Shown piece by piece: positions 1 to 11,577 of a stretch of 64,000 bases of DNA. The position numbers and the translations under genes are program-made. How positions within the stretch are numbered: the stretch's first letter is position 1; every line of letters starts with the position of its first letter. The notes beneath the pieces were generated by a model, which saw only the letters and a program-made list of their open reading frames with translations, ran no database searches and was not told where the DNA came from. The stretch lies in sequence record NC_019538.1; one strand, written 5' to 3'.

Positions 1-124
1 CAAGATTCTCAGTCATAATAAGGCTTGAGAATCTTGAAACAACATATGTTTGGCCCACAACCAAAACACCTTCCATCTCAAGGTTGTTAACACATACAAT
101 CTCTTGATTATCTTGAAATTTCAT
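1..124 (-). CDS. Hypothetical protein, partial (runs off window start)
   Basis: ATG at 124 just after the stop of the 127..363 ORF; reads MKFQDNQEIVCVNNLEMEG... open to the edge. Confidence 0.6.
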   Translation of the reverse strand, partial: MKFQDNQEIVCVNNLEMEGVLVVGQTYVVSRFSSLIMTENL

Positions 125-126
125 GA

Positions 127-3100
127 TTACACCTTTACTTTAGACATTGCAAACATAATGGCCGCACGACCAACCGGGGTTTTATCGTTGATCTGCTTAC
201 CACACCACAAAACTTTAGCATCAAAGGATTCGAAGGTCAATTTCTGATCTTCAATGTGAGTGTTGAAAAACTCAGCAACTGCTTTTTTGAATTCTGCGTT
301 AATCATCTTTTCTCTCCTTTGTTGGTACAGGGGTATAATCTCATACCCCCCGAGTTCCGTCAACTACTTTTTATCGGTCATATCACGATTAAAACGAAAA
401 TCTTGATACAACCGGTCTTTCAGTTCCTCTTGAAGCTGGTTGATCTGGTCTACAAGAGAGAACCGATGTGGAAGGTCACAAGGACTGTTGATAAACTTAT
501 CTACAACCTGTTGCGGTTCTTCCGGATCCTCATAATCGATTTCACAATCTACGAATTCATTTGTATCTTTTTTGAATAAATAACCAAAACCATCATAAGT
601 AAACCAACTCAGTTCACCACTACTAATCTCTTTGATGTAAAACTCAAAGAAGTTGATGTTCCGTACAGTCAACAGACTTGTTACAGTTGAAAACATTTTC
701 ATTTTATACTCTCTACAAAATTGGCTGGAATCTCTTTGATTTCAAATTCGTCATGAATGAACCAAACATCAATACTTTCTACAACACGAATATGATCCCC
801 GTCGTAATCGGTTGCTTCATGAGTGATATTTTTCTTGATAGTTTCTAGGATAGTTACCCACAGAGGAACACCTTCATCTTCATCAATCACATTGTAATCG
901 ATATCAAGAAAGCGTTTGAACTGGTTAGCCATATGCGGATTTTGTTCGAGTTTATCAAACAACTCAAAAACTAATGCATCTGTGTAAGGATCATTACCAT
1001 AACCCGGCTCATTCCAATCGTGTGCGCTGTTAAAAAACGGGGCAATAACACGGAAGAAATCAACATCATCGCGTGTCAGACCAGTGTGGTAAATGGTATG
1101 GTAATAATCACCATCATTTTCCCAACTTGTGATACCTACAATGTAACCACGGGGGATAACAGTACCGATTGGTAGTTCTACTTTTTTCATTTTAAAATTT
1201 CCGATTGTCAATTTTTGCTATTACCATACCACACATATCTAGGTCTGCTAGGTCATCACCAAGAGTCGAACAGTCGCTATCAATCCAAGTGTCAATCTGT
1301 TCTTCTTCCACATCAACAACCACACAAACGGCATGATGAGACTCTACCATCATATCCATAACATCAATACGAGTAGGGGTACATTCTGTAATTTCCACCA
1401 CATTCATATCATCATCAAAACCAATAAATACAATCATAAAGTTCCTCAATCATTAATTTTTAGATACAAACCATCTTGAAGTAAATCAAGAACCGCGTCA
1501 ACTACTTCTCGTTGTACATCCTCAACAGACCCCCTTATAAAGCCTTTCCAACCATCCTGTCCAACTGTACCCATGCTGATATCAATTGACCATGTGTCGT
1601 TGTTAAATCGAGTCATAGACACGTTATGATTGTCCATATGGAAAGGGCGATATACGTAGTTCACGTAATACGTTTCTTTTGATGCATTATTGTCTTTTAA
1701 CCATTCAGGATCCTTGGAGAAGTGGATAGCAGAACGAATAGATTCCTTGTGACATCCCTTCTCAAACTCTTCCTGATCACCCCAAGAATCCATAGCCGCT
1801 TCGATTTCTGATTCAATCATATCATCAACTCGACGCGCAAGGTCCGGGGAAATTTCATCGATTATCCTAACCAGTTCATCCACTTTTAGATTATGTTGAA
1901 TATACATATCAAACCCTTATTTCAATGGAGTTCCGAAATCGAATTGCTCATCTTGTTGTTTATTTTGCTCGTATTTTTTCCTAATACCAACACCAATAAT
2001 AGTGATTACGACAATGATTAGGAACCATTCAATACCATAAGCAGGAACCCAATAATAAATAGAGTTCAGATAAGCGAACAGAAACGATGTGAACATATGA
2101 CAGTAACGAATAATGAAATCCATAATTATTCCTCGATTACGAAATATTTTACATCAACCCACGTCTGGAAATAAAGAGAATCGGTAATATCATGTTCCCA
2201 TGTATCATATTCGTTTTCATATTCAAAAATACGACCTTCTCCATCTGCATAATAAGATTCACCAAACGGGAATGGAGTTTCTTGAAAATTACTGATACCA
2301 GTAACAACAAAGTAACCTTTTTCCGGAATACTATCAACTTGAACAAGTTTCATTTTTTAACCTCAAAATAAGTGTGTAAGGGTTTGAGACTGTTTCGGTG
2401 TCTCTACATAATCAATATACTTTTTGTTTAGGTCTTTGTCAAACACTAAAATCTGTCCGTTGATACTATCATGTTGGGAGATCATCGACCTCCCATACTT
2501 CAACAGAGCCTCGTTGTGATTATCTGTGATAATATCCTGATAGTCAATCCAAAATCCAGTATTTCTATCTTTGAACCTTGAATGTCGATAGTTTGACATT
2601 AAGAAAAACCTAAGTTCTTCCTTCGAACACATCAGATGTAATCCTTTACCAATCGACGCATCATACCCTTTGCCTCTTCTAGCTGAGAGTTAAGGAAAAT
2701 TACTTTATTTTCTGCAATCGCTTTCTCTTTGATGATGTTGTCGATTGTATCTTTGATGTATTCAAACTCTGATTTACTTTGATAAGGTACGGTTATGGTT
2801 TCGGTTGAAACAGAAACCGGCTTTTTAACATGGAATTTGTTAACCTTATCTCCGATATTTTGATTCAGAATAATACTAATTCGAGGTTCACCAATGGTTT
2901 CAAAATCATACTTGATATCAATCAGATCGAGAAACTTTAAGAATTCTTTACTATGCCCATAAACGAATAGGAATGGTCCATTTACCATACACTTTGAAAA
3001 ATTAAAAAGCTTTGTATCTATCCCTTTCTTTGTGCAAAGTTTATCAATTTTTCTACCAATACCTGTATGTTTCTCGTATTGGTGTAGATTACATACATAG

Positions 3101-4982
3101 TTTATCTTTCTAATAAGATCAACAAATCGGTCCTTCGCAAAATTATAACCAAACTCCCCATCATAGCCACGGAGAAGATATTTCTTGATGAGCCGACTTG
3201 TATTCCGTTCCCATCGTGCTTGTTTAGCTGCGTTGCGTAATACCGCTTTACCACTACTCATTCTTTATCCCCAATAGATTCATAACTAAACAAATGACCA
3301 CACAGAACATCTGGCTTTGTTGAGCTAAATTTCAAAAGATATCGTTTGTCATTGTACCAAACTTTAACGTCTGTGTAATACAAATCGCAGTCTGGTCGTG
3401 GATATCCATCGTTGCTAATAGAACCTTTCTTGATAACCGTCTGTTCCCTACCTAATTCCTCTACGAGGTCATACTTGATCGCAATCTCCAACGCTTCTCC
3501 CTCTTGGAAAGGGAAAACATCAGTCACACCAATTGCATCATTATATTCATGGAAGTAAGCCCATTTGTCACCTTCCTTAAGTTGGTTCTCAATATCATCA
3601 ATATAGAGATGTGGGGTGTGGGGATATCCTTCTTCGTTAAAGAACTGGTCATCGCAGTCAGCCCAATCAATCTCACCGTAAAAGTAATCATCGCGGTCTT
3701 CATCACCGGGCTTACAGGCCACACCAACAACACCCATTTTAAGATGGTCGGTTACAAAGTCGAATGAGTAACTACGATCCCAGTAACAGATTTCTAAGCC
3801 GGGGATGGGTGGAACATCCACCCCAATTTCATAAATGTTAAGAGTTCGCATTATCATCGTCCCAATCTTTAATTGCTACATCGAAAGCCAGTTTGTTATA
3901 ACCTGTTTCGTTCCAATTCTCTTTAACAAATTCTTTTGTCAGTTCTTCCCGAAGGCGATTGACCGAGGCGATAACAAACTCTTTTCGAGAATATGTCTCT
4001 GGACTTTCATAAAGAACACCATCGATTAGTGCAACGATGTCATAAGGTTCATCTGTCTTGAGATTAGTTGCCCAGATACGAGGTTGAATATTAACTTGTG
4101 GCACCGAAACAAACCAGTGTTTTCCGTCGTCATCAATAAACAGAGTTCCTGATACGTCTTCAAAGAAATCCGCTGCACCACCAACCCCACGATAAAAATT
4201 GTATTCGGTTTGATTGCGGATTTGTTCCAGAAGATCAATATGGATACTTGCATTATCTTTAGATTTAAATTCTTCGTAAACTTCTTTGATAGTCTTCATA
4301 ATATTTCCTTATGTATCTTTATTTGGTTACTTCTTACAAATGTAACTATATCACGGTACTTTTGTGTATGTCCACTTGTTTACAACACGCTTGTGATCTA
4401 CCTTAGTGTAGTGCATATATTCATATTTTTTGAGGTAACGAAGAGGGAGATTCATTACCTTGACGTTGCATTGAATCCCCATCGGGGTCCATGACATCAA
4501 TTCTTTTACTCGCCAGTAGCTGGTCTTTGGTACATACAGATCAATAACTCCAATTTTATTGGTTTCTGTGATTGCTCGCCACACACCATTCAAAACAAGA
4601 GCTGTTTCCAAATCATGAACTGAACTAATCATTTCACATCTCCAAATACATTATTAAAGTCTGGGTGTTCCCATCCTTGTACATCTTCTTTTTTAACACC
4701 AAGGAACTCGATAAGCTCCACACAACGTTCTTTGATGAACTTCATATCGTCGGTCCAGAACTCGATCATCGCCCAAGTAGTGGAACTGTTTGCGTCGAAT
4801 CCTTGGATAAACATTTTCCCATACGAATTGGTAAAAACAAACCTTTTTATGTCTTCCATCTTTTCGTCACTCAGTCCAAGGAACTGGATATTAACATTCT
4901 TGTCGCTATCTTCGAACTTCCCATAGAGGGCAGAGATGACATTGTTATTATGAGCGTCGCGGAAATTATGAAACTTTCTCAT
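127..4982 (-). CDS. Block of 13 small phage hypothetical genes: 127-363, 364-702, 699-1190, 1192-1449, 1446-1907, 1917-2123 (membrane), 2126-2353, 2363-2632, 2632-3261, 3258-3857, 3838-4299, 4351-4632, 4629-4982
   Basis: Abutting or overlapping ORFs (ATGA-type junctions) with GAGG/AGGA-type RBS; no recognisable family. Confidence 0.75.
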
Positions 4983-5003
4983 GGCATTCTCCTTTGTTAA
5001 GTT

Positions 5004-5040
5004 ACGGGAGTATTATCACACACTCCCGTTATATCGTCAA
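5004..5040 (-). promoter_or_regulatory. Sigma70-like early promoter TTGACG-N17-GATAAT with the -10 box in the loop of an 8-bp inverted repeat
   Basis: -35 at 5035-5040, -10 at 5012-5017; arms ACGGGAGT 5004-5011 and ACTCCCGT 5022-5029. Confidence 0.75.
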
Positions 5041-5043
5041 CTA

Positions 5044-5898
5044 TCAATCGTGCATTTTAGGACGCTGGATTACAGTCTGGTTGACCCCTTTATATTCTTC
5101 GTGAGCCTTGATAGAGAATGACATCACTGCGGTGTTACCCTTGGTTGGGATAGACTTCAAAGATGAACCCATGTATTTGTAAGTCCGGCCTTCTGAGTCA
5201 ATCAATACAGCGAGGTAAACATCATAATCGCCGTAATATTGGGCTGGTTTAACACACATCTCAAAGGTAGTGGTGAGTTCTACTTTCTTCACCCGGTCAC
5301 CAACAGCACCGAAGAATTCATTCAATTGGTTTTTCTTGAACTCGAAATCAGCAATACCGTTTTCAATTGCAGTCTTTTGAGCATCAGACATTGAGCAGTA
5401 ATGGATACAGGATTCGATGATCTCTTCAATCCATTCGTAACCAGTAGCCAGACCAGCAGTAAACAATTCGATATGAGCCTCACGATACACTTTACGCTTT
5501 GCGTCCCATTCGTCCTGTACGGCTTTCTGAGCCATTTCTTTATCAGTCAGACCACCATTACGCGCTCGTTCCTCTTCGTTGCGCTTGCGCGTTTCTGCGG
5601 CTTTCTGTGCGTTGTTGAAAGCTTTACGCTCGGCCTTGACGGCATCAATCAATGTAGTGTCGTTGGTGTAGTTCACACACTCACAACCAACCACAAATTT
5701 CTGGCCGTCTGCATCGTGGATCATGTAGTTGTAAATGATACCGGTGCCACATACATGACAGGAACCAGCACCATAACCTTGAGGGAGTGCCGCATAATCC
5801 TGCATAGTCGCAGTATCCTTGTTAGGCATCTTGAACATACCAACACAACGGAACGGAGCCTTACCAACACCTTGAGATTCCCATTTGTTCATAGTCAT
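5044..5898 (-). CDS. Zn-finger plus C-terminal OB-fold-like protein (putative nucleic-acid binding)
   Basis: N-terminal CHVC...GCEC; C-terminal FFGAVGDRV...YG...DSEGRTYKY...IKAHEEYKGVNQTVIQRP pattern typical of phage OB-like domains. Confidence 0.55.
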   Translation of the reverse strand: MTMNKWESQGVGKAPFRCVGMFKMPNKDTATMQDYAALPQGYGAGSCHVCGTGIIYNYMIHDADGQKFVVGCECVNYTNDTTLIDAVKAERKAFNNAQKAAETRKRNEEERARNGGLTDKEMAQKAVQDEWDAKRKVYREAHIELFTAGLATGYEWIEEIIESCIHYCSMSDAQKTAIENGIADFEFKKNQLNEFFGAVGDRVKKVELTTTFEMCVKPAQYYGDYDVYLAVLIDSEGRTYKYMGSSLKSIPTKGNTAVMSFSIKAHEEYKGVNQTVIQRPKMHD

Positions 5899-5926
5899 GA
5901 TTTCTTCCTCAATAGTTATGTCCCAA

Positions 5927-5966
5927 TCGACAAAAAGAGTATCCCATAAATGAGATACCCCGTCAA
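5927..5966 (-). promoter_or_regulatory. Early promoter TTGACG-N17-GATACT with an imperfect hairpin; near-copy at 42506-42545
   Basis: -35 at 5961-5966, -10 at 5938-5943; 35/40 identity with the second copy. Confidence 0.75.
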
Positions 5967-6362
5967 CTAAATTTCGTCATCCATTTCCAAGTTTTTGAAT
6001 GGATTGTGGCTATATACGTTTTTGTCCATATACAGTTCCATCAGGTCATACATGAACTTGGAAATATTACGATTCTGTTTACTTTCAAGTGTGGCGCGGT
6101 TACACAGATTACAACCGGATTGATTGCAATAGGAATTCCACTTGGCGAGATACAAATCCTTATAGAACAGATAGATAACTCCATCCACCTTATGAAGAAC
6201 AATGTTTTTCTCTACCCAAATTTCGGCGGCAATGAAGTCCTCAAACACACAATCGTCAATACCAAGCTTGGTTAAGACATTATGAAAGCCCGATTGGTCA
6301 ACCAAAACCTCAGACTGTCCACTACTAACAATCTCAATCAGTTCAATTAGTTTCATCATCAT
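5967..6362 (-). CDS. Hypothetical protein
   Basis: 131-aa ORF with RBS; contains CNLC. Confidence 0.75.
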   Translation of the reverse strand: MMMKLIELIEIVSSGQSEVLVDQSGFHNVLTKLGIDDCVFEDFIAAEIWVEKNIVLHKVDGVIYLFYKDLYLAKWNSYCNQSGCNLCNRATLESKQNRNISKFMYDLMELYMDKNVYSHNPFKNLEMDDEI

Positions 6363-6365
6363 TCC

Positions 6366-6713
6366 TTAGTTGGCATAGTTATTACGACGGTTCAGTTTCA
6401 GAGCGGTTTTCATTTCAGATTTCTTGAAAGAGTAATGAACAGAACCATCTTCATAGGTAGTTTTCTTAACAGTGATTTCCAGCTTGTCACCAGCTTTAGC
6501 ATAGCAACCAAGGCAGTTTGTACCATTCTGAGAAACAACACGGTTGTTCATCTCGATACCTTCGGAAGTGGTAACGCTCACACGCTGGCTATCGGAATGC
6601 TTCTTAACGAACTTGGTAACAGTCACAGTATCAACGAAAGAAACTTCGCTAACTTCTTTCTTGCAACCAACCAGAACGAACAAAGCAACCAGAGCAATCA
6701 GTACGTGTTTCAT
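6366..6713 (-). CDS. Putative lipoprotein (paralog of 8446-8754)
   Basis: Signal peptide with lipobox LVGC; DTVTVTKFVKKH and CLGCYAKAGDK motifs. Confidence 0.7.
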   Translation of the reverse strand: MKHVLIALVALFVLVGCKKEVSEVSFVDTVTVTKFVKKHSDSQRVSVTTSEGIEMNNRVVSQNGTNCLGCYAKAGDKLEITVKKTTYEDGSVHYSFKKSEMKTALKLNRRNNYAN

Positions 6714-6738
6714 AATCTCTTCCTCAGTTAGGTATCTC

Positions 6739-6780
6739 GTTTCGATGTAGATATAATACCATAACCAAAGACCGATGCAA
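6739..6780 (-). repeat. 42-bp promoter repeat, copy 1 (TTGCAT-N16-TGnTATTAT, ATCGAAAC leader)
   Basis: 41/42 identical to 7233-7274. Confidence 0.85.
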
Positions 6781-6783
6781 CTA

Positions 6784-8449
6784 CTAAATCACACAATTTC
6801 GATAATATGCATCAGAATTCCATGGCAAAGGATTAATCTCTTTTGGATCAATACCACATTGAGTCATCATCAACTCGTGGGTTTTTCTCTTAAAGCATCG
6901 ACTCTCGTTAAGATAACAAGCGTAACCACCATCATAAATTTGAACAACGTGGCGAGTGAATCCATCATCATGAGAATAGATCAGATCCTTACCATGATTT
7001 GTTTCGCGTACAATTACATTCATATCAATCCTTAAAATACCAACAAGGATGAGTGTTATCAAAATCGACTGGGGTTTTCCACTCACCATAGACATCATAA
7101 CAAATATTAGAATCTCCCTTGAAGAAACTAATAGAATCACTTGCTGGTGCACCAACATAACGAAGAACGTAAAACTTGGTATTGTTCGGGACGGCTTTGA
7201 ATTGACATTCGATTTTCATAACACTCTCCTTTGTTTCGATGTAGGTATAATACCATAACCAAAGACCGATGCAAGTACTTTATTCCATCCTCAACGAATC
7301 AAGCATCTCATTAATACGGTCTTTGAATACATATGAACAACCTCTCCACGCAAAAAACATTTTACCAGTACAAGGCTCACGAAACAATGGAAAAGAAATC
7401 TTACCCAAATCAGAGATCATCTTATCAGTTGCTTCAATCTGCTCACCGGCCTTGATACCCTTCGCAAGTTTAAGTAGCGCGTTTATCTCTTTCTGACTAT
7501 ATTTTTTCTTCATTTAAACTTTCTCATCTGTTGGGTAATAGTAATATCCCTCATATGTGTGACCGATGCAACTACTATTTTAAGAAACAATCACATTCAC
7601 ACTATGGATCCACATACGATAGCGACCGATACTTTGCTCAATCTGTTTTAGACCGGAATACACGGAGGCTTCATAGTTATGTGACATAATAGTAAGCTGA
7701 ACGTATTCACCTTTTCCACGGTTCCACGAATGTAAAACTACCTCATAACCATCCAACATGAAATTTTCAATGATATTACAAGGGATCTTTTCACTCAGAG
7801 CAGTTTTTACAATATCCAGAATACTACAATTAGTATTACCAAAAATTATGGAATGTTTAATCATACAATTTCCCCTGATTGATATGCATCATAAGCCATC
7901 CAACGATCCTCGTTCTCATCATCCATATAATCGGCTGCGACCAACACAACACCCTCAAGAGGCTTATAGTAATCAGCACTACTAATCAGTTCCTCAACCT
8001 TATCCCAACTACCTGCATTGATAAAGGTAGCCAGCGCACGATGGTTAAGATGGTTAACATAATTAGGAGTAGTGTGAGAACGTTCTACACAAGCACATGC
8101 ATAAGCGTTAGGATACTTTTTCATATAGTCAATAACTTTCATATTATTCTCCAAGTGCATTAATTTCTACATAGTTTTTACCATCTTCCCAGACAGCAGA
8201 GAAACCATTCTTAACAAACAACGGGATAATGTCATCACGGATAAGATCATAGAACATAACCCCATCAAGTTCAACATTACAAATGCGCTCGATATCATAG
8301 ATACTGATAGATATTTCTAATGCATCTAGATCGAGCATGGATTCGACAGTCTCATCATAAATCCCCTGAACAACGGCCTTACGAAGTTCTACACGAGCTT
8401 GTTCTTTATCACGAATGGCCTTTACCAGTTCAGCAGCAGTCATAATCAT
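6784..8449 (-). CDS. Small hypothetical genes: 6784-7023, 7025-7219, 7280-7513, 7580-7864, 7861-8160, 8144-8449
   Basis: ORFs with RBS; the first start is moved to 7023 because the track extension overlaps the next gene. Confidence 0.7.
7233..7274 (-). repeat. 42-bp promoter repeat, copy 2
   Basis: 41/42 identical to 6739-6780. Confidence 0.85.
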
Positions 8450-8754
8450 TTCCTCAAAAATTCTTTAGTCTCATAACGGTTGATACTATAAGTAACATCA
8501 CCATCATTCCAAGTTTTCTTGGTAACAGTCACAGAGAACTTATCACCCTTGTAAGCATAACACCCACTACAGCGTTTAGCAACATATTGATTAATCGAAA
8601 TACCATCAGATGTTCGTACCTTGATCCGTTGTCGCTTATGTCTCTTCACAAACTCAGTAACAACAACAGTATCTCTATAAGTTTCTTGGTGAACTACTTT
8701 AGGGACACAACCAACTAAACCAATAACAGCCAATAAAGCAATAAGTTTCTTCAT
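8446..8754 (-). CDS. Putative lipoprotein (paralog of 6366-6713)
   Basis: Lipobox LVGC; DTVVVTEFVKRH and CSGCYAYKGDK. Confidence 0.7.
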   Translation of the reverse strand: MKKLIALLAVIGLVGCVPKVVHQETYRDTVVVTEFVKRHKRQRIKVRTSDGISINQYVAKRCSGCYAYKGDKFSVTVTKKTWNDGDVTYSINRYETKEFLRK

Positions 8755-9667
8755 CTATTCTACCCTGAACCCAATGTATCTCAAAATCATATCTTCATCA
8801 TCTTCGCAATTCAATTTCATCAAAAGAAATGCGGAAATCGGGTGAACATCTTCAAGTATCATGATATCCATTCTCATAAAGTGAATATCAAAGTTATCCC
8901 CATTTCGCCTTATAAGATACCTTGGACTATAATGATTATTCTTAACCCAATACCAACAATACTTAGTGGCGATATAATAGATAACTATCCCGATAATAGC
9001 ATGGAGACAGATAATAAGATGGGTCATATCAATCCTTCCAAAAATCCTTCTTACTCTCCACACGTCGAACAACAATCATACTATTAACCAACGCATTCAG
9101 TTTCTTAATAGTATCTTCACGATTCAATTTCTTTCGACGGATATTATAAAGTTTCCAGTACACAATCCAAGAAAGACATTTGTCACATTGAGTTATACCA
9201 CCAAGACGAATCATCTGACAACTATCCACAACAACACCAGAATAATAATGAACACCAAATCCGTGATACTTTAACCATTCACGGATAGAATCACGCTCGT
9301 CCTTAAACTTATATTCAGTTATATAAATGAACGTTAAAAACCAAATAATCAGAACACTAACACCACCAATAACATATTCCATATCTTACTCCTGATAGTT
9401 AATGCAGCACTTCAACACACGAACCAACTCAGCTTCACTAGTAGGGTCTTCAAAATCAACATTATCATAGCAAAGTTCTTCTACGATAAAAATAGAATGA
9501 ATACCACGAACTAACGCAAAGTCACGCGCTACCTTTTCCAACTCACGGCCTTTGATAACCATCATAGCATTGTTATCAAGATACATACCAAACACAGAAG
9601 TAATACCATAACCACGGGAGTTCAGCAGGGTTTTCATTTCATCAGCAATTTCACGAATGTTTTTCAT
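8755..9667 (-). CDS. Hypothetical genes 8755-9075 and 9029-9382 (both with a TM segment) and 9386-9667
   Basis: ORFs with RBS; hydrophobic N-terminal stretches in the first two. Confidence 0.65.
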
Positions 9668-9695
9668 AACTCTCTCCTTCCCAATCAGTAAGAAC

Positions 9696-10001
9696 ATAGT
9701 ACTACATCAAACCAACCAAGTCTACTATTTTATGAAGAATAGTTTATTCTTGTAGAAGGAATAATTGGAATAAAAAGAAGAATAAACGTCCAAACTTTTT
9801 ATTCCAATAATCAAACATTCGATATAACAGATCCAAACAAAATAAATTATTCTACTTTTCTATAGTGTATGAAAACTATTGATAGATTGTTAAAAGAAAC
9901 CCTGTAATGGCGCGGGATAGAGATAAAATATGTTGATAAGTGTATAAAGAGAAAATGCACCAAAAAAGTGCATTTTACCCCTCTCACTATCGTTTGATGA
10001 T
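9696..10001. other. ~300-bp AT-rich intergenic region with two inverted repeats and an early promoter
   Basis: 14-bp perfect IR 9764-9777/9795-9808; 9-bp IR 9952-9960/9968-9976; minus-strand TAGACT(9719-9724)-N17-TACTAT(9696-9701). Confidence 0.65.
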
Positions 10002-10337
10002 TCAGCGGAACATTCGATTGTATTCAGCGTGGTAAAGTTCCAAGCTACGATCAAAAGCAGCTTTCTTTTCTTCTACATCCTTCCATAGAGCTTCAATGTT
10101 ATCCATGGACATGGCGGTGTCTTCAATAACATCAAAATACTTCATTTCACTTTCACGAATAAAAGCATAACAGTAATCAATCCGCAATAGTTCACCACCA
10201 TTGGATAGGAAGTAATCACCACCATCTGGAATTACTTCATGTGGTTCATTACCAATATGGTTTTCGATAACTTTATTAAACCGCTCAAGCTGGCGGAACT
10301 CGTGTCGGGATTGTTCATCTTTAAACTTAATCTTCAT
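10002..10337 (-). CDS. MKIRFK-family paralog with coiled-coil tail
   Basis: MKIKFKDEQSRHEF...IRESEMKYFDVIED, then KKAAFDRS tail. Confidence 0.8.
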   Translation of the reverse strand: MKIKFKDEQSRHEFRQLERFNKVIENHIGNEPHEVIPDGGDYFLSNGGELLRIDYCYAFIRESEMKYFDVIEDTAMSMDNIEALWKDVEEKKAAFDRSLELYHAEYNRMFR

Positions 10338-10587
10338 AACTCATCTCCAAATATTGAGTTTCATCTTTAAAGAAGCAAGCATTCCACCCATTCTCTGGAA
10401 CAGCTTTACCATAAGCATCCAAAACAATTCCATTGCCTTTGTTATCCACAAGTTTGATGCTTCCGTCAAAGTCCGTTTGTGCTTTATGGAACTCGTTACC
10501 CATGTATTCAGCGATAGACATATTAGCTCGTCCACCAGTGGTAAACGCGAACTTGGATTCGATATTTTTAAATCGTACTTTCATCAA
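10327..10587 (-). CDS. MKIRFK-family paralog
   Basis: MKVRFKN...ANMSIAEYMG. Confidence 0.8.
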   Translation of the reverse strand: MMKVRFKNIESKFAFTTGGRANMSIAEYMGNEFHKAQTDFDGSIKLVDNKGNGIVLDAYGKAVPENGWNACFFKDETQYLEMSYED

Positions 10588-10939
10588 GCTTCTCCATTAC
10601 TGCTTTGTTGTATTCAGTCATGGCTTTATCATACTCTGCTTTCTTCTGTTGTGCAATATCCCAGAGTTCTTTGATAGGTTTTTTCTTTTCAAGCGGGAGA
10701 ATATCCCATTCGAAAAATTTATACTCTGATGGAATAATAGAAGGACTAATACCACCGTTATCAATAACAATATCTTCGTTGTTCTTGTCTACCAGATACC
10801 ATCGATTCCCATCAAACGATACACGATTCCAATCCATACCCATATGGTTGGCGATGTGGGTGTTTGCGTTTACGCTATGAGCTATAAATCGACTCCGGTA
10901 CTCTTCACTGGGGAAACGGATAAGCATAATATCTGACAT
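10568..10939 (-). CDS. MKIRFK-family paralog with coiled-coil tail
   Basis: MLIRFPSEE...NTHIANHMGMD...KKAEYDKA. Confidence 0.8.
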   Translation of the reverse strand: MSDIMLIRFPSEEYRSRFIAHSVNANTHIANHMGMDWNRVSFDGNRWYLVDKNNEDIVIDNGGISPSIIPSEYKFFEWDILPLEKKKPIKELWDIAQQKKAEYDKAMTEYNKAVMEKLDESTI

Positions 10940-10942
10940 AAT

Positions 10943-11200
10943 TTATTCTCCTTTACTTGTTTGGACTTTACCATTGACGATGTAAACCTTGGGAATGAAA
11001 TCTACTTCCCCATCAATGTATACACAGAGGATACCTGAATCGTCTTCGTAAGTAAAGGCCAGATTTGAGCTGGTATTAGCAACTGACATCTTTACTTTGT
11101 GTCCGGTAGAGGAAAGATTCTCAATAGGGACAAAGAGGTTATGTTGTGGATTAGCATAACCTTTATCAACGAATGCATAATAGATAGTACGAATATCCAT
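10943..11200 (-). CDS. Hypothetical protein
   Basis: ORF with RBS. Confidence 0.7.
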   Translation of the reverse strand: MDIRTIYYAFVDKGYANPQHNLFVPIENLSSTGHKVKMSVANTSSNLAFTYEDDSGILCVYIDGEVDFIPKVYIVNGKVQTSKGE

Positions 11201-11279
11201 TTAAATTCCCCTTACCTAAGATTTTTGATAAGTCCCACCATCAGGACAAGTACCAATATACAGATACCCTCATCAACGG

Positions 11280-11576
11280 TCAACATTTTTCGCTAACCGA
11301 TTGGATATAGTCGTCAAAAGCCTTATCGTATTCGGCCTTCTTTTCTAACATGATATCGAAGAGAGTTTTGGGATCATCTTCAATCCAATCGAAGAAATCA
11401 CGTTCTGATTCAAGGATAAGAGTACAGTCGAGAATATCGGTTTCGATATAGTAATGTCCGTGAATTTTAACTACTTCAACCGGTCGCATTCTCATAAACT
11501 GTGCGATTTCCAAATTTTCTACTGAGGCTGATTTGAAATCGTTTAGGTGTTGTTCTGACTTGAAACGAATCTTCAT
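11280..11576 (-). CDS. MKIRFK-family paralog with coiled-coil tail
   Basis: Start set at 11576 (MKIRFKSEQ); KKAEYDKA tail. Confidence 0.8.
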   Translation of the reverse strand: MKIRFKSEQHLNDFKSASVENLEIAQFMRMRPVEVVKIHGHYYIETDILDCTLILESERDFFDWIEDDPKTLFDIMLEKKAEYDKAFDDYIQSVSEKC

Positions 11577-11577
11577 G

